A stretch of 62,978 nucleotides of DNA, counting the filler, from Dugesia japonica (Eukaryota): the NCBI GenBank assembly GCA_001938525.1. It is 6 parts of 6 records of this genome, joined end to end, with 100 filler letters (N's around TTAATTAATTAA, not from the genome) between each part and the next. Parts side by side here need not be neighbours in the genome. Positions count along the whole stretch, not along the records: positions 1 to 14,637 come from MQRL01201567.1; positions 14,738 to 23,209 come from MQRL01480466.1; positions 23,310 to 32,673 come from MQRL01537479.1; 3 more parts are not named here. The stretch is one strand, 5' to 3'. The position numbers and the translations under genes are program-made. This document shows positions 14,001 to 25,774 of the stretch, piece by piece. Position 1 is the first letter of the stretch; every line of letters begins with the position of its first letter. Below the pieces are notes generated by a model. That model was not told where the DNA came from. It did no database searches and saw only the letters and a list, made by a program, of their open reading frames with translations.

Positions 14001-14117
14001 ATAACAATAATGATTTTATGTTATAACAAATTCTTTCAGTTGGGAGACTCACCAGTCGATATTGCCAGACAATATTGTAATGAAGAAATAATTGATATTT
14101 TAGTTAATGCAAAACTG
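2075..14117 (+). CDS. Giant multi-exon ankyrin-repeat protein (about 49 repeats, one repeat per exon, about 1,650 aa; 3' end uncertain)
   Basis: Spliced by hand. Leading exons: 2075-2079 (ATG AA), 2122-2212 (N-cap DFQLLIDAVESGSDWEIENRFKRYYIEMTD) and 2264-2365 (divergent first repeat). Then 47 phase-0 exons of 99 or 102 nt starting at 2408, 2550, 2691, 2841, 2992, 7639, 7791, 7941, 8085, 8230, 8378, 8523, 8664, 8812, 8968, 9118, 9267, 9417, 9563, 9717, 9866, 10016, 10160, 10305, 10450, 10600, 10750, 10901, 11046, 11192, 11340, 11486, 11634, 11998, 12142, 12281, 12430, 12579, 12724, 12870, 13015, 13162, 13315, 13461, 13605, 13754, 13894. The capping exon is 14040-14117 (LGDSPVDIARQYCNEEIIDILVNAKL). 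Consensus NGYQPIHLACKNGHIDIVKILIANKCDINASDK matches the ankyrin pattern GxTPLHxAxxxGHxxIVxxLLxxGADVN. Every exon is bounded by AG and GT (two GC) and is free of stops. Confidence 0.93.
3340..3880 (-). mobile_element. Merlin (ISXO2-like DDE) transposase remnant inside the large ankyrin intron
   Basis: Minus-strand translation with frameshifts and stops: NGGSNTTAK-IDEFHYTTKDNIGRISDSQLVFIRICREK...VPERIAKLL..IHPGANIISDMWSFYN..HTHLRVNH*QNFDHPITRCN. This follows the Merlin pattern VEIDES...WVFGGICRE...VPDR...ILPGT.I.SD.W..Y...H.TVNHS.NFVDP.TG. Confidence 0.75.
4009..7491 (+). mobile_element. hAT transposon (Buster/Charlie, GTF2IRD2/EPM2AIP1-like), degenerate transposase at about 4880-7080, inside the ankyrin intron
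   Basis: Motifs IAQHGKPFSNGDYIKE, LSRNTVKDRI, YFSICVDESKD, VTTDDESSVVGK, FHCIIH*E, NNVRWRSRGYVLQRF and FSSSYSCESLFSIMN, with many stops. The right TIR ...AGGTTCGCCATCCCTG ends at 7491 and is followed by GTCTAGGT (Buster-type nnnTAnnn target). Only the subterminal CTATGGCACGTGTGCC remains at the left end. Confidence 0.85.
6147..6438. mobile_element. Solo LTR (or short TIR element) inserted in the hAT transposase
   Basis: TG...CA termini, a perfect 5-bp TSD ATATC (6142-6146 and 6439-6443) and imperfect terminal inverted repeats. Removing it restores the transposase frame KHNINTDKLKY. Confidence 0.7.
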
Positions 14118-14681
14118 GTAAATTCTAATTATATTAAACAAATATTTTTTGAAAAACAAATTTCGTTATTTAAAATTTATTTTCAAATGCAAAAATCAAA
14201 AATATGTTCTTCCATTTTCATAGATAGTTCAATATTTCGGCTATGCCTTCTTCGGGAACAACTATTGCTCAATTCATTCTGGTTATAAACGTTTAAATAG
14301 AAACATAATTAACATTAATCTGATTAAAATTAATTTTCATTGGTCACTAATTGTAACATTAAATTTTAAATTAATTGGCGCAAACCATAAAATACATTTC
14401 TTTTTAAAAATTTTTATTTTAAAATTTCTTTTCTAATTATATTGTATCATAATTCATTCAGCTATTTATATGGAAACCATTCTCATCACCACAAATGTAT
14501 TTACTTAAAATTATTATTTGGAACAGATGAATACTTTTGAGATAAATATTGTAGAAATTTAATCCTTAGAGTAGTTTATATGAGTAGATGGATAGTAGCG
14601 GATGGCACCACGCACACATTCAGTAGAACCCCCCCCCNNNNNNNNNNNNNNNNNNNNNNNNNNNNNNNNNNNNNNNNNNNN

Positions 14682-14693
14682 TTAATTAATTAA
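14682..14693. other. Artificial assembly linker TTAATTAATTAA (also at 23254-23265, 32718-32729, 41275-41286, 52787-52798)
   Basis: The same 12-mer, with stops in all six frames, is centred in a 100-nt spacer (44 N each side) five times. Confidence 0.92.
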
Positions 14694-17600
14694 NNNNNNN
14701 NNNNNNNNNNNNNNNNNNNNNNNNNNNNNNNNNNNNNAGTAAAAAGACTTGCCATTAATATTAAGTATTTATTTAAGAATATATATTTTGTATTATTCAA
14801 ACAAAATTGACAGTTTAAATAATCACTATTTTCTAACTATAGTTGTTTTCTCCATCGGTGGTCAATTTTCATTATTGATAATTCTAAAAAATTTTCACAA
14901 TTATAATTATTTGTTTTCAACTTAACTCATTTATAGGATATCATTTTTAATATAAATGTAGAATAATGATCGAACTATTTAATTTTTTTCTCATTTTTCT
15001 GAGACAAAAACTACTTTCAAAAATTTAAAGAAAAATACAAAAAAATTAAAATATTTATTTTTCTTTTTGTCTTGAAAAAAGTAAATTGAAATAAATTTCA
15101 TGTTTTATTTTTAGCAATATTTATTTAACTTTCAAAACTATAAAGGTAATTATTGAAATTATGATATTTCTCGTTAAACAAATATAATAATATTGCCTTG
15201 ATAAAAAATTTTTATGTTATGTTTATTCATTAAAATGATCTTATCTCTAAAGTCATTTACATATTTTCAACAACCAACTGAATTATTTACTGTTCCCTGT
15301 AGATCGTTTACATATCTATCGCTATTATTGTTTTCTAAATATAAATTATTAATGTGATAATTATTTGATGGGTAGTGGGTTAGAATTGTAGAATGTCTTA
15401 TATTTCAAACTAAATTATGTGTAGTTGAATTGGATTTTTATATTTGTCATTGTAATTATATATTATTGTATTGTATTATATATTAAATTATATTATATTA
15501 TATATTATTAAATTGATTCACGTAGCAAAATTGATTCTCAAACAAAAAAAGGTGAAGTCTTATAACACTTTTAACACAAACATAAAATTTTACCAGAACA
15601 ACATTATATAATATGGAAAACACTACAAATAGGCTACATTTCCACACTCACAGAAATAAACATGAAGAATTACTAATTAAAAAGGATAAACCTAAAATAA
15701 GTGTAATTTATAATAATTTAATAAAATAAAATAAATTTCAAACATTTTTCTAATTCTATAAATAAATTTTGAATAAATGAAAATGTTAATTCCTAAATAA
15801 GACAAAAGTCGAAAATTCGAATTACTAACAACTAAAGAATAAAAAAACATTTTGATGGAAGCTTTTAATTTAATGAAATCTCATACGATCAATGGTTAAG
15901 TTCAACAATTATTCTCGCAATAATTGTAATTTTAGAATTTTATTAATTGTTATTACACTGATTAAACTTAAATCGATCAAATAATTTTCGTATGGTATCT
16001 TAATTTAGGATTTCAAATTTTTGTCCGTTTTGTTAATTAAATGTCAAAAGTTTTCATTTGACCAAATGAAATCTAATAAAATCATTCCAAATAAATTTTA
16101 AAACTTTAATGTTATTAATACAAAAGTAAAGTTAAAATTTTAAAAGAATGCCAAGTATGTAAATTTCATAAATTATTTTAAGATATTTTATCCAATGAGA
16201 GAATTGGTTGAATTTTACTTGTTTGTGATTGAAAAGTTCATATTTTTGTCTCTGTTTTTAATCGGTTACAAATGTCAAGGACATATCGTAAAAATGAAAT
16301 ATAGAATTACAAAGTTTTAATTGTTGGCCCTACTACATTAGAAAAAACTATGAACTTTTTTTGTAAATTATTTTACAAATAATTCATTTCGCTTAGTAAA
16401 TTATGTGTTTAAATCACACTCACTACTTTTTTCAAAGGAACTTAAAAATATATAGAAGTCTTTTTGTATATTTGAAATTATGAACATTTATCCTTTCTTT
16501 GAATGAATTTCGATTTCTAAATTTAAATAAATTTTGATATATTAGTCTCATTAATATTTTATCCAGCAAAAATCTTTCATAGGCTGTTGAAAATGAAAAT
16601 TAATTGTTTATTTTTTCAACAATTATTTTTTTAAAAATAAATTTTGAATTATAATTTTAAAGAATAATAATTTCTTGTTTATTTGATTACTTTTATTTTT
16701 TATTTGCACAAAATAATTGCAAATATTTATTAAATTTAGTCAATAATTTAATTTCCGAGATATTTTAAATCAGGTTAGCAAATTATACACATAATGGTTA
16801 GTTTTTGAAATTAGTCAATCTAAATATTATTGTTAATTCTCTGAATATTTTTATGAATATTTTGTTATTATTCTTTATTTATATTGATTTTAATATTGTA
16901 ATAATTTCAGACTCAAAATCTTTTAAAAAAATTTTATCAATCATATTTTCTATAAATTTCACGAATATCCAATTAAATTGGATGTCAATGAATATTGATC
17001 GTTTTAATGAATTTATTACAAATAACAAATATCTACATAATTTTTTTTTCTTAATTTTTTGAGATTGATGGTTAAAATCAATTATAATTGTAAAAAAATA
17101 AGTAACGCCATTTAAAATAAAACTTTATTGTTATATATTTCGACGGATTAGCCGTCAGAATTGTAAGGTATTCCTTATTTTTAATTTTAAACTTTTTTCT
17201 GTAGCTATTTGTTCACTTTGAATTCTTAAGATTAAAAGCGTAGAACTGTTTTAAAAGCACATAAAGAAGCATAGTTTCTTACTATTTCTCAGTTTTATTT
17301 TAAGTTATTTTATACTACTACGTTTATAGCGTAAATATGATAACATAGTCTATTTTGATATNTTTTCAAAATATGTACCAAAATGGTATTCTTAATCAGT
17401 ATTTGGAAATCAATCAATTTAGTTTTAAATAATTCAGAAATTTAATGAAAATTAGTTATTTTCTAATGAATTAATTGATAAATCCTCTACTTTTAAATAC
17501 ATAATTACACTAAATGAAGTTTACCGAGTCTAAAATTGTATTAAAATACCAACCTGATAATAATTAATTGAAATCCAATTGGATGCTTATAATATAAATT

Positions 17601-19729
17601 AAATCAATTGATAGTTATTTAAAACTTACTTAAAGTTTACTAAGTGATTATATTATAAGAATAGAAAAGGTTAGAAAAAATAACAGCTAGCACACAGACA
17701 CATATTTTTATTAAAAATTTATTAAGTTTTTGAAAGTTTAGTAAGTGTTATTTTAAAAAATTAAAATGAATTATGAAAATATTTCAAATGCAAGTTCTGG
17801 TTAAACGGAACCCTGCAGGCTGCAAAATAGCCCTTCAAAGTAATTTCTTTATTTTTACTTGATATTTATTACATTTTAAGAGGATATTTGCTATGAACAA
17901 AAAAACGCATTTTGGTACATCAAAAAAGTGATATACATGCAATTTCTACATCACTTATCATTGAAATTGGATACAATTGAATATTATTTTATTTTCTACA
18001 AAATACAATACGAATTATATGGTTAAATTAATTGATTGATATGTATAAAGTTCGGGAATTAGAATGATTTCACGTTTTGATAAACACTTTTTTAGACGAA
18101 GTTAACTAATTTGTTTTGTAAATCTTTAAAAGTATAATCCATAATTTAGATATACAACAATTTAGTTAATAATATTCTTTACATGATTACAAATTAGCAT
18201 TGCAATGTTAGAAATTTGATTTTTTCGAATGACATCATTATTAAAATTATATATATACATATATTATTAAATATATGATAACCTATTTTTATTATTGTGT
18301 TTGAATAAAGTGGAAGTTTAAAAATTGTAGTGACAGAAGATAAATATTTGTGATTGTTTTATTTAGGACTTTAATAATTGGAATTTTCTTCTAGTGAAAT
18401 TGTAAGGTATATTTCTATTATTGTTCATTGTAATAATAATTGTAATCTTTCTGCATTTTTTATAAATAGAATCTATGCGCTTGTAAACATTTTTATAATA
18501 AAACAATTTTTATTTGGTAATGAGTATTTTACTGAGCAGAAATGTGACATCGTTAACAATTATATTTGCAAAAAGTATTACAATTGTGAAAGATATAATT
18601 ATTCTAATGTATGAANNNNNNNNNNNNNNNNGAAGCATGTCTCGAAAAATGAAGGAAAATATCTAAAACTGCTAATAATTTTCAGTTTTTTAATTTGTAA
18701 AAGAATTAATTAATTAAACATTCAAACAGTTAAAAAAAATAATGGCAATCTTTTCGTGGGGAAAAATCATGTACGAAGGATTGATGATTATATCGATTGA
18801 TCCAAAAATTGATGTTCAAACTGATGTTTCTAAATCTTTATTGAATGTTTTTAATTAATTTGAATTTTATTGAGACTCTTTAGTATAAATACTCTATCCA
18901 TAGTTTTAAGTAGATTACAGATAAACTGGCGAAACTTGTTGTGATGAATAAATATTGAATTAAATGGCGTGTAAAGTTAAACATTAAATTATTATTAAAT
19001 AAAAACTTCAAATTTTTTAGTCATTTAAAAAATAGTTATTAAAATTAGCTTTTAAAATAATAAACGCTTCATTTAATCAAGTTTAAGTTATGTATATGAT
19101 ATGAATACGTAATCATTTTAAATAAAAATAAATTGAAACTCGTTTTCTACTTAGTGGTTTTCAAAAAAAANNNNNNNNNNNNNNNNNNNNNNNNNNNNNN
19201 NNNNNNNNNNNNNNNNNNNNNNNNNNNNNTTGATTGATCACTTACATTTGAGAACTTTTCTCAATTTAATTAAATTGTTTTATTTTAACTAAAACCTTTA
19301 ATTGTACTTCTCACAATCGTAAATGTATTGAAAATTAATAACTTATTTCGATTTCCAAGAGAGTATCTTTTTTGACATTTCATTCACAATCATAGATGTA
19401 ATTAAAATTCATTTTCCAGTAATTTTGGTAATTTTTACTTGTATTTTACTGAGAATTCATTTTGTTTACATTTCAATGAATAAATAATTTACATTTGTAA
19501 TTTTTTTAATATATTGTGTATTCTTAGTTGGTTCATTAATTTTCAATGACAACATAATGTTTTATATATTTAGATTTTTAAGATACAGTAATTTTCTCGT
19601 TAAGTACGCATATTGATCGTGAAGGTAAAATGTGCACAAAAACGGGATATGCGTACTTAACCTACACCCAGTTATAAATATTATGTTATATGGTTCAATA
19701 TTATCCAATAACTTATCAGTATGAAATTG

Positions 19730-20760
19730 ATAAAAAAAACCGCGAATTACTACAGACATTATCCGAATGTATGCAAAAGTTTCAAATTTTGACCCAGAGA
19801 ATGTTTACAATATGGATGAAACAGGACTGCTTTTACCAGGTAATACAGTTAGCAGAACTCGCGGGAATAAAATAAAATAGAATTTCATTGGTAGTATGTG
19901 CTAATGCCACAGACACTCATAAAATCCCTTGTACAATTATTGGGAAACCAAAAAGTCCAGCATGAATTAAAAATCGAGAATAACCAACCAAATATTTCAA
20001 TCAATCAAAGCCTTGGTTGGATGTGGCAACTTGGTGGAAATGGTTTAATTAAGACTTTAATCCTGAAATTAAAAAGAGAATAGGAAAACCAGTTTTTTTA
20101 CGCTAATGGATAATGCATCAGGACGTCCTCCGCTATATTCAGATAGACAACAATTTCAGGTTATAAATCAGCTCGAGCAAAACGACTATCAAGAGGTGCA
20201 GCAGATGTTGCATTTAGAAATCTAATACATTTACTAAATGCTACAAATTATTTGAAGCAAAAATGGAACTTGGTTTCAGCATATACTATAAGAAATGCAT
20301 TTAGCAAAGCCGAATTAGTGTCATTCACACCTGTTTCTGTAGAACAATATGATTGGACAAATAACATTATTCAAGCATTTAGAGGAATAAATATCACAAT
20401 TAACGCAAATTAAGTTCATAACTATCAAAAAATTGATGATGAAAAAAATGATGAATATATGTAAGAAATTAAGAAAGGTGTGGATGATGTTTTGAGAAAT
20501 GTTCATGTATTGAGTGAAAGCCATTTATCTGATGATTCTGATTCAGAAATCAACAATACGACAAAAGATGACTACTGTGTTCAATTTGCTGGCTTTTAAT
20601 CAGTCATTCAATACTGATATCAATATGTTGCTGATTATAACGATCTTCTAAATTCGTTTTAAAACTTTCAGAAGAAATTAATACAAATTGCATTAACAGA
20701 AAAAAGCAGTATAAAATCAAAAGAATTTAAAACAATTGACAATTCATGACATGTTGGTGA
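19730..20760 (+). mobile_element. pogo/Tigger-like (DDE_1) transposase remnant
   Basis: FDPENVYNMDETGL, RISLVVCANATDTHKIPCTIIGKPKSP, YFNQSKPWLDVATWWKWF and MDNASG, with multiple stops and an internal deletion. Confidence 0.8.
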
Positions 20761-20809
20761 AGAATTTTTAATAAAATATTGATCCTATGTTTTTTTCATT
20801 TTATCCGGG

Positions 20810-21290
20810 GGTTGGAATTTTGATATATTTTTGAATTTCGATTAGAGTAAGTTGGACAGAGGAGTCGAGAACACGAGAGAAAAAAACTATATTTTCAATT
20901 TGGAGGCGTATTTTAGTAGACACATTGATATTGTAGAACGTTGGAACAAGACGAAGAGTATAGAATTGGGAGATGATACTCGTTTGATTGAAGTAGGCAA
21001 ATTGAGGTGAGAAATTTTCAATGCAGACAAGTGGGATGTGGGCAAGACACTTGACAAAACATAAAATTGTCACGAAAAGTGGACCAATAAATGCGAAGCC
21101 GTACAAACAGTCGGAGAAAAAAATCATACAAACTAGGAATGGTCGAAATTATCGTGCCAGATCCAGGTCTAACAAGAAGTAAATTTCAAATGAGAAACAA
21201 GGGGATAGAGAAATAAGAAGGACCGTGGTAGTGAACCAAGATGGAAGGAGGTTGAAAAGGAACATCGAAAAAAACTTTTTTAAANNNNNG
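20810..21290 (+). mobile_element. Internally deleted Ty3/Gypsy pol fragment
   Basis: ADKWDVGKT..KHKIVTKSGPINAKPYKQS matches the pre-RT segment of the Gypsy at 58217-58507. It is followed by an integrase C-terminal-like RRTVVVNQDGRRLKRNIEK. Confidence 0.5.
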
Positions 21291-23398
21291 CATAAAGTGT
21301 GAATGTACTTTTGAATGCTTCAAGTATTTTCTTCTGTATATGTTTAATTGCAATTATTTTTTTTTGGAATTGGGAAGTTTTTTTTTAAATTAAAAGTAGT
21401 TGTTTTAATAGAGATTTTAGAACGCAAAATTTAAAAAATTGTAACAGTTATTTTAATTAATTTAATTGAATTGTATTTTTATTATAAATTTTGCAATTAT
21501 AGTTAATAAGTTTATTGTTCCTTAACATTTAGATAGGTTGCTCAAGAAATAAAAAGATTAAAAAAGATTGTTTTTTAAAATAAATGTTTTATGAAAATAG
21601 TGATTTAATCCCTGAAGGCTCTGTAAGCCCATTACTTAACAGTCAACAGATTACGAACATAGGTCAATAGATTTTTATTCGTCCTTTGGATTTGCTACTT
21701 GTATAGTATGTAATATAGGAAAATTCTCGCAGCACACAGATGTGTTCATTTTTTGAATAGATAACCCGTGTTTTATTCATGGGGAAATACGGAACTTAAA
21801 ATTAACTTTAATCAATAAAATATCATTTTCTTTTTAATCAATATTTAAAGTGTTTGTAAAATATCACTGTNNNNNNNNNNNNNNNNNNNNNNNNNNNNNN
21901 NNNNNNNNNNNNNNNNNNNNNNNNNNNNNNNNNNNNNNNNNNNNNNNNNNNNNNNNNNNNNNNNNNNNNNNNNNNNNNNNNNNNNNNNNNNNNNNNNNNN
22001 NNNNNNNNNNNNNNNNNNNNNNNNNNNNNNNNNNNNNNNNNNNNNNNNNNNNNNNNTTTTTTTTGATCATTTCATCATTTTTGTCTATTTTTTTTCATGT
22101 AACAATGTTTCTGTCATACTACACTTTTCAACATATTGATATTTACGAATATTCTCCATTTGTAAATTTTTATGTAATCCGTTTGATTTCCGTTGCAATC
22201 CATAATCAGCTTAATTCATTAGTATAAATTCAATTAAATATTTGAACGAAAGTTTATCCTTATTACGTATCATTGTACAATTATACTTATTTTTACAATG
22301 TGATTTCAGTCCGGTGTTATTGGAAAAGTAACATTTCATTTTTTTCTTAACAAAAATTCTTAGTTAATATATATTTAAAATTATAATTAATTAATTCTCT
22401 GGAAATTTTCCAATACTTCCCACATTTATGAAATGATGTGATGAATCAGTTGCATGTACACGATATATACAGTCATAAAAACTAGGAAAAGTGTGTCTCA
22501 CTTTGAGAATGTACATTATATTTTAACTTACGGGAAAGGAAAAGAATCTTATTTCTACATTGCCCGCTGTCAGAAGGCTTATTACTGTTTAATCATGTTT
22601 TTACTTTTGTGTAATGTAAAAATATAGGCTGATATTATTGTTTTTGTGATTGAGATTTTATTTGGTAGATGATATATAATTCTTAGTTATTAGCATATTT
22701 TATACACTACTATATCAATAGCCAATTTTTCGAAATAATTAAGTGTCTTTTTGTAAGACATTTCTTTTTCGGTCGTTGTCTTTTTTCAAGAGTAATATCG
22801 CCAGTGGAACACTTGTGTACAAATTATCAAAGTTAAATTGTGCAACTTATTTCAACGTAGTCTTAAAGTCTTATTACAATATCTTGTGGAAAATCAAATG
22901 AATTATAAGGTCAACCTGGCCGCTTCTGACAATATAGTTGTAAATTTGAAGTGTAATAAATCTCGTTATCGCATCAAATTTTAATCAGTAGCACTGGTTA
23001 CATTGTTTAAAAAAATTCAGAAACTGATTCAAACANACAAACAAACCGAAAGTTATATATAGATATACATTCCTGGAAAAATTCATCAATTCAATAATCA
23101 TAAGAATTACAACTTTAGTGTAGAAAATTCACAAACGCGAATAATTACCGGTTAAATATACCCATTATTATTTGTATTTACTTACAGTGTTTATGGAAAT
23201 TAATTTTTTNNNNNNNNNNNNNNNNNNNNNNNNNNNNNNNNNNNNNNNNNNNNTTAATTAATTAANNNNNNNNNNNNNNNNNNNNNNNNNNNNNNNNNNN
23301 NNNNNNNNNTTCATGTTGCATGATTCATGTTACGAAATTAATCAATTAAATTATATAATTCTGAAATTATATTATCTACATATCCTACATTTTTTTGC

Positions 23399-23586
23399 AT
23401 GAGTCATCGGCTTTGTCTGAGTCATCGATGACTCGTCATTATGAGTCATCGCATTTGATATAACTAACGATGAGTCATACTTATGACTCATTTTCCTTGT
23501 TCTAGGTTTCTATGAGTCATACCGATGACTCATCGAGAACTCATCGTCTTTGTTTCAGGAAATAATGAGTTATACTTATGACTCAT
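23399..23586. repeat. Cluster of ATGAGTCAT/ATGACTCAT (AP-1/TRE-like) motifs
   Basis: Eight perfect TGA(G/C)TCA heptamers plus degenerate copies in about 190 bp. Several are arranged as ATGAGTCAT-N4-ATGACTCAT. Confidence 0.8.
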
Positions 23587-23666
23587 GCTCTTTGTTCTAT
23601 TAGTTCTTTGTCTACGGGGGGAAGGGGTGATCTAGTGCGCTACTATCTACCTACTAACCAGTTTAT

Positions 23667-23801
23667 TATGGACAAAGTGGGAATGGATTTTTTTGGGCTG
23701 CACCTTTACAGATTCTAAGTTTATTGGGTAAAGAGGCTGCAACTGGTGCAGTTGGGGTGGCTACGGGATATGCTACAAAGAAAATTATTGATTCCGTATA
23801 A
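23667..23801 (+). pseudogene. 5'-truncated Polinton-type small structural protein (GxG-F amphipathic peptide)
   Basis: YGQSGNGFFWAAPLQILSLLGKEAATGAVGVATGYATKKIIDSV*. This resembles the GG/GxG-F protease-site, Gly/Ala-rich peptides of Polintons. No start codon. Confidence 0.45.
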
Positions 23802-25774
23802 AAAGTTTAAATTCATTTTGATATTGCAATATAAATGGGTGTTGCACCTTATTCTTATATTTCAAATATACTAAATATTTGTTGTTGTATTTCGCGCGAT
23901 CAAGATGATGTAATAATTATGGTACAATCCAACGGACACTGAATTTCAAAGCTTGCAAATGCTACAAATGTTTCGGTAAAAGAGACGAAGAAATGGCTAA
24001 GTAATCAGTTGGCTTATAGTTTGAATAGACCAATGCTGGTATGAGGTGGGCATCAGCCTTACTGTCATTATAGAACTGTTGATGGATAGTGATATATACA
24101 TCGGTTTGAAGGCGTAAAAAGAAGTCGATTGACATTTTAAACAAACATAATTTGTTATATATAGATATTAACAATCTTAATGCATGAACTATTAGTCAAA
24201 ACTTATCATTTAAAGATTTTGAGTGAGTACAGACTGATTTAAAATCAGTATTAGAAGATTGTAAAACATTGGATCTTTATGAGTTGTCATACGGATATAC
24301 CATAAAATTAGACATAATAATGCTAGCAGAAATTCATGACTATCTTTAATAAGGAAGGTGTAGAATTATAGGGTTCAAAAACCCAATAAAACCGAAGAAT
24401 TTAAAGTATAATATCGACAATATTCAATGACAATCGCTATCAATCGTTCACAAGTTGATGATTATTATTAATTTTTATGAATATGAAGATAAAGTAATCA
24501 AATGAGTATAGAACGAAAACTATTTCCTATATTAAAATTTTCAAAATAAGATCTGATGTGTTAGCTTATTTTCAAGTGTAAAGATCTTATTTGTTGGAAT
24601 AAAAACATTTTATTATCAGGCAATCGCTAATAAAATATTAAAAGTATTGATTATTTTTATTAAATCCATGTAATTAGCTTTGTTTGACTTAACTGCTTGC
24701 GGGAATTATAAACTTTTCAAAAATGTATGATCAGAAGGAAATGCTTAAAGAAATTGAACTGTGTAATCAATATGATGTTATTAAAGACGATTATAAATTC
24801 ATGATATTTTTCATGAAATGGTATGAAAGATCTATTATTCCTAAAACCTTTTCAGAGAATTTTTTATGGTTGAATTATGAAGATTTTCTCAACAAATGTT
24901 AAGTTGATGTAGCGGATAATCTAGCTAATTTGTTTAATCTTAATCAATTTATCGATGCTACGGAGGAAATTTATCGTCATAAATTAGAAGAAACATTACA
25001 ACCCAGTCTACAAGCTTTAATTTAGATTCATTTCTAGATGTTCTAGTGATTCTCAGAATATCAGAATATACGAGTAAACTTAAATTTATTCCAGACTCGT
25101 TCACAAATAGGACTTTTTTAATGAGTAAATTAAAAATTTTAAAAACTTGATTTTTCAAAAGTCACTAATAAGTTTTATGAATGAAAACGAAACAATAACC
25201 AAAGAATTTAATGATGATTTAATTTAGTAGGTAGAGAGTAGTGCAAAGAATCACGCCCTAGCGAAAAATCATAGCAATATTCTATTATTAAGGTATTGGT
25301 TGGGAATATGTTCGTGGTAGAGAAGAGTTAAATAAAAGAATTTTTGATCAATAATTTAATTGGTTAAACTTTGTAAGTAGTATTTGGAGGTTAAAAAAAT
25401 TGTCCTTAGGTGTAAATGTTTTTTCTTGAAAGGGAATTAATTAATTTTAATTATAACATTTAAATATTTTTTTCTGTAGAGTAGGGTTGGAGTAATGATT
25501 TTTTGAAAAATGAGGCTTTTTAATAAAAATGATGTTTTGTGGAAAATAGATGTTTGAGCAATCTTGATATTTATGTATTAGATGGGGCAGTCTAGAAATT
25601 TTCCAGGCAGTCTTAAATTCCCAGGCACGTAAGACTGATGAGAAATTTCTGTTTACTTNNNNNNNNNNNNNNNNNNNNNNNNNNNNNNNNNNNNNNNNNN
25701 NNNNNNNNAGGCACGTAAGACTGATGAGAAATTTCTGTTTACTTCAATGTTATGCGTATTGATCCTATGCTGTT

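Noticed and set aside
14118-14288. Read-through C-terminal extension of the ankyrin gene (ORF 13968-14288)
   Set aside because: A good donor (CTG/GTAAAT) follows the cap exon and the extension is intron-like. The true last exon cannot be determined.
15780-18830. Possible short-intron exons (for example 17773-18021 on +, 16800-17030 on -)
   Set aside because: Some plausible GT-AG pairs exist, but the frames hit stops and no family is recognisable. Not supportable.
25624-25744. Direct repeat containing CTGATGAG (hammerhead-like core)
   Set aside because: The duplicate sits on either side of an N gap (contig overlap artefact), and no stem II plus GAAA core can be formed.
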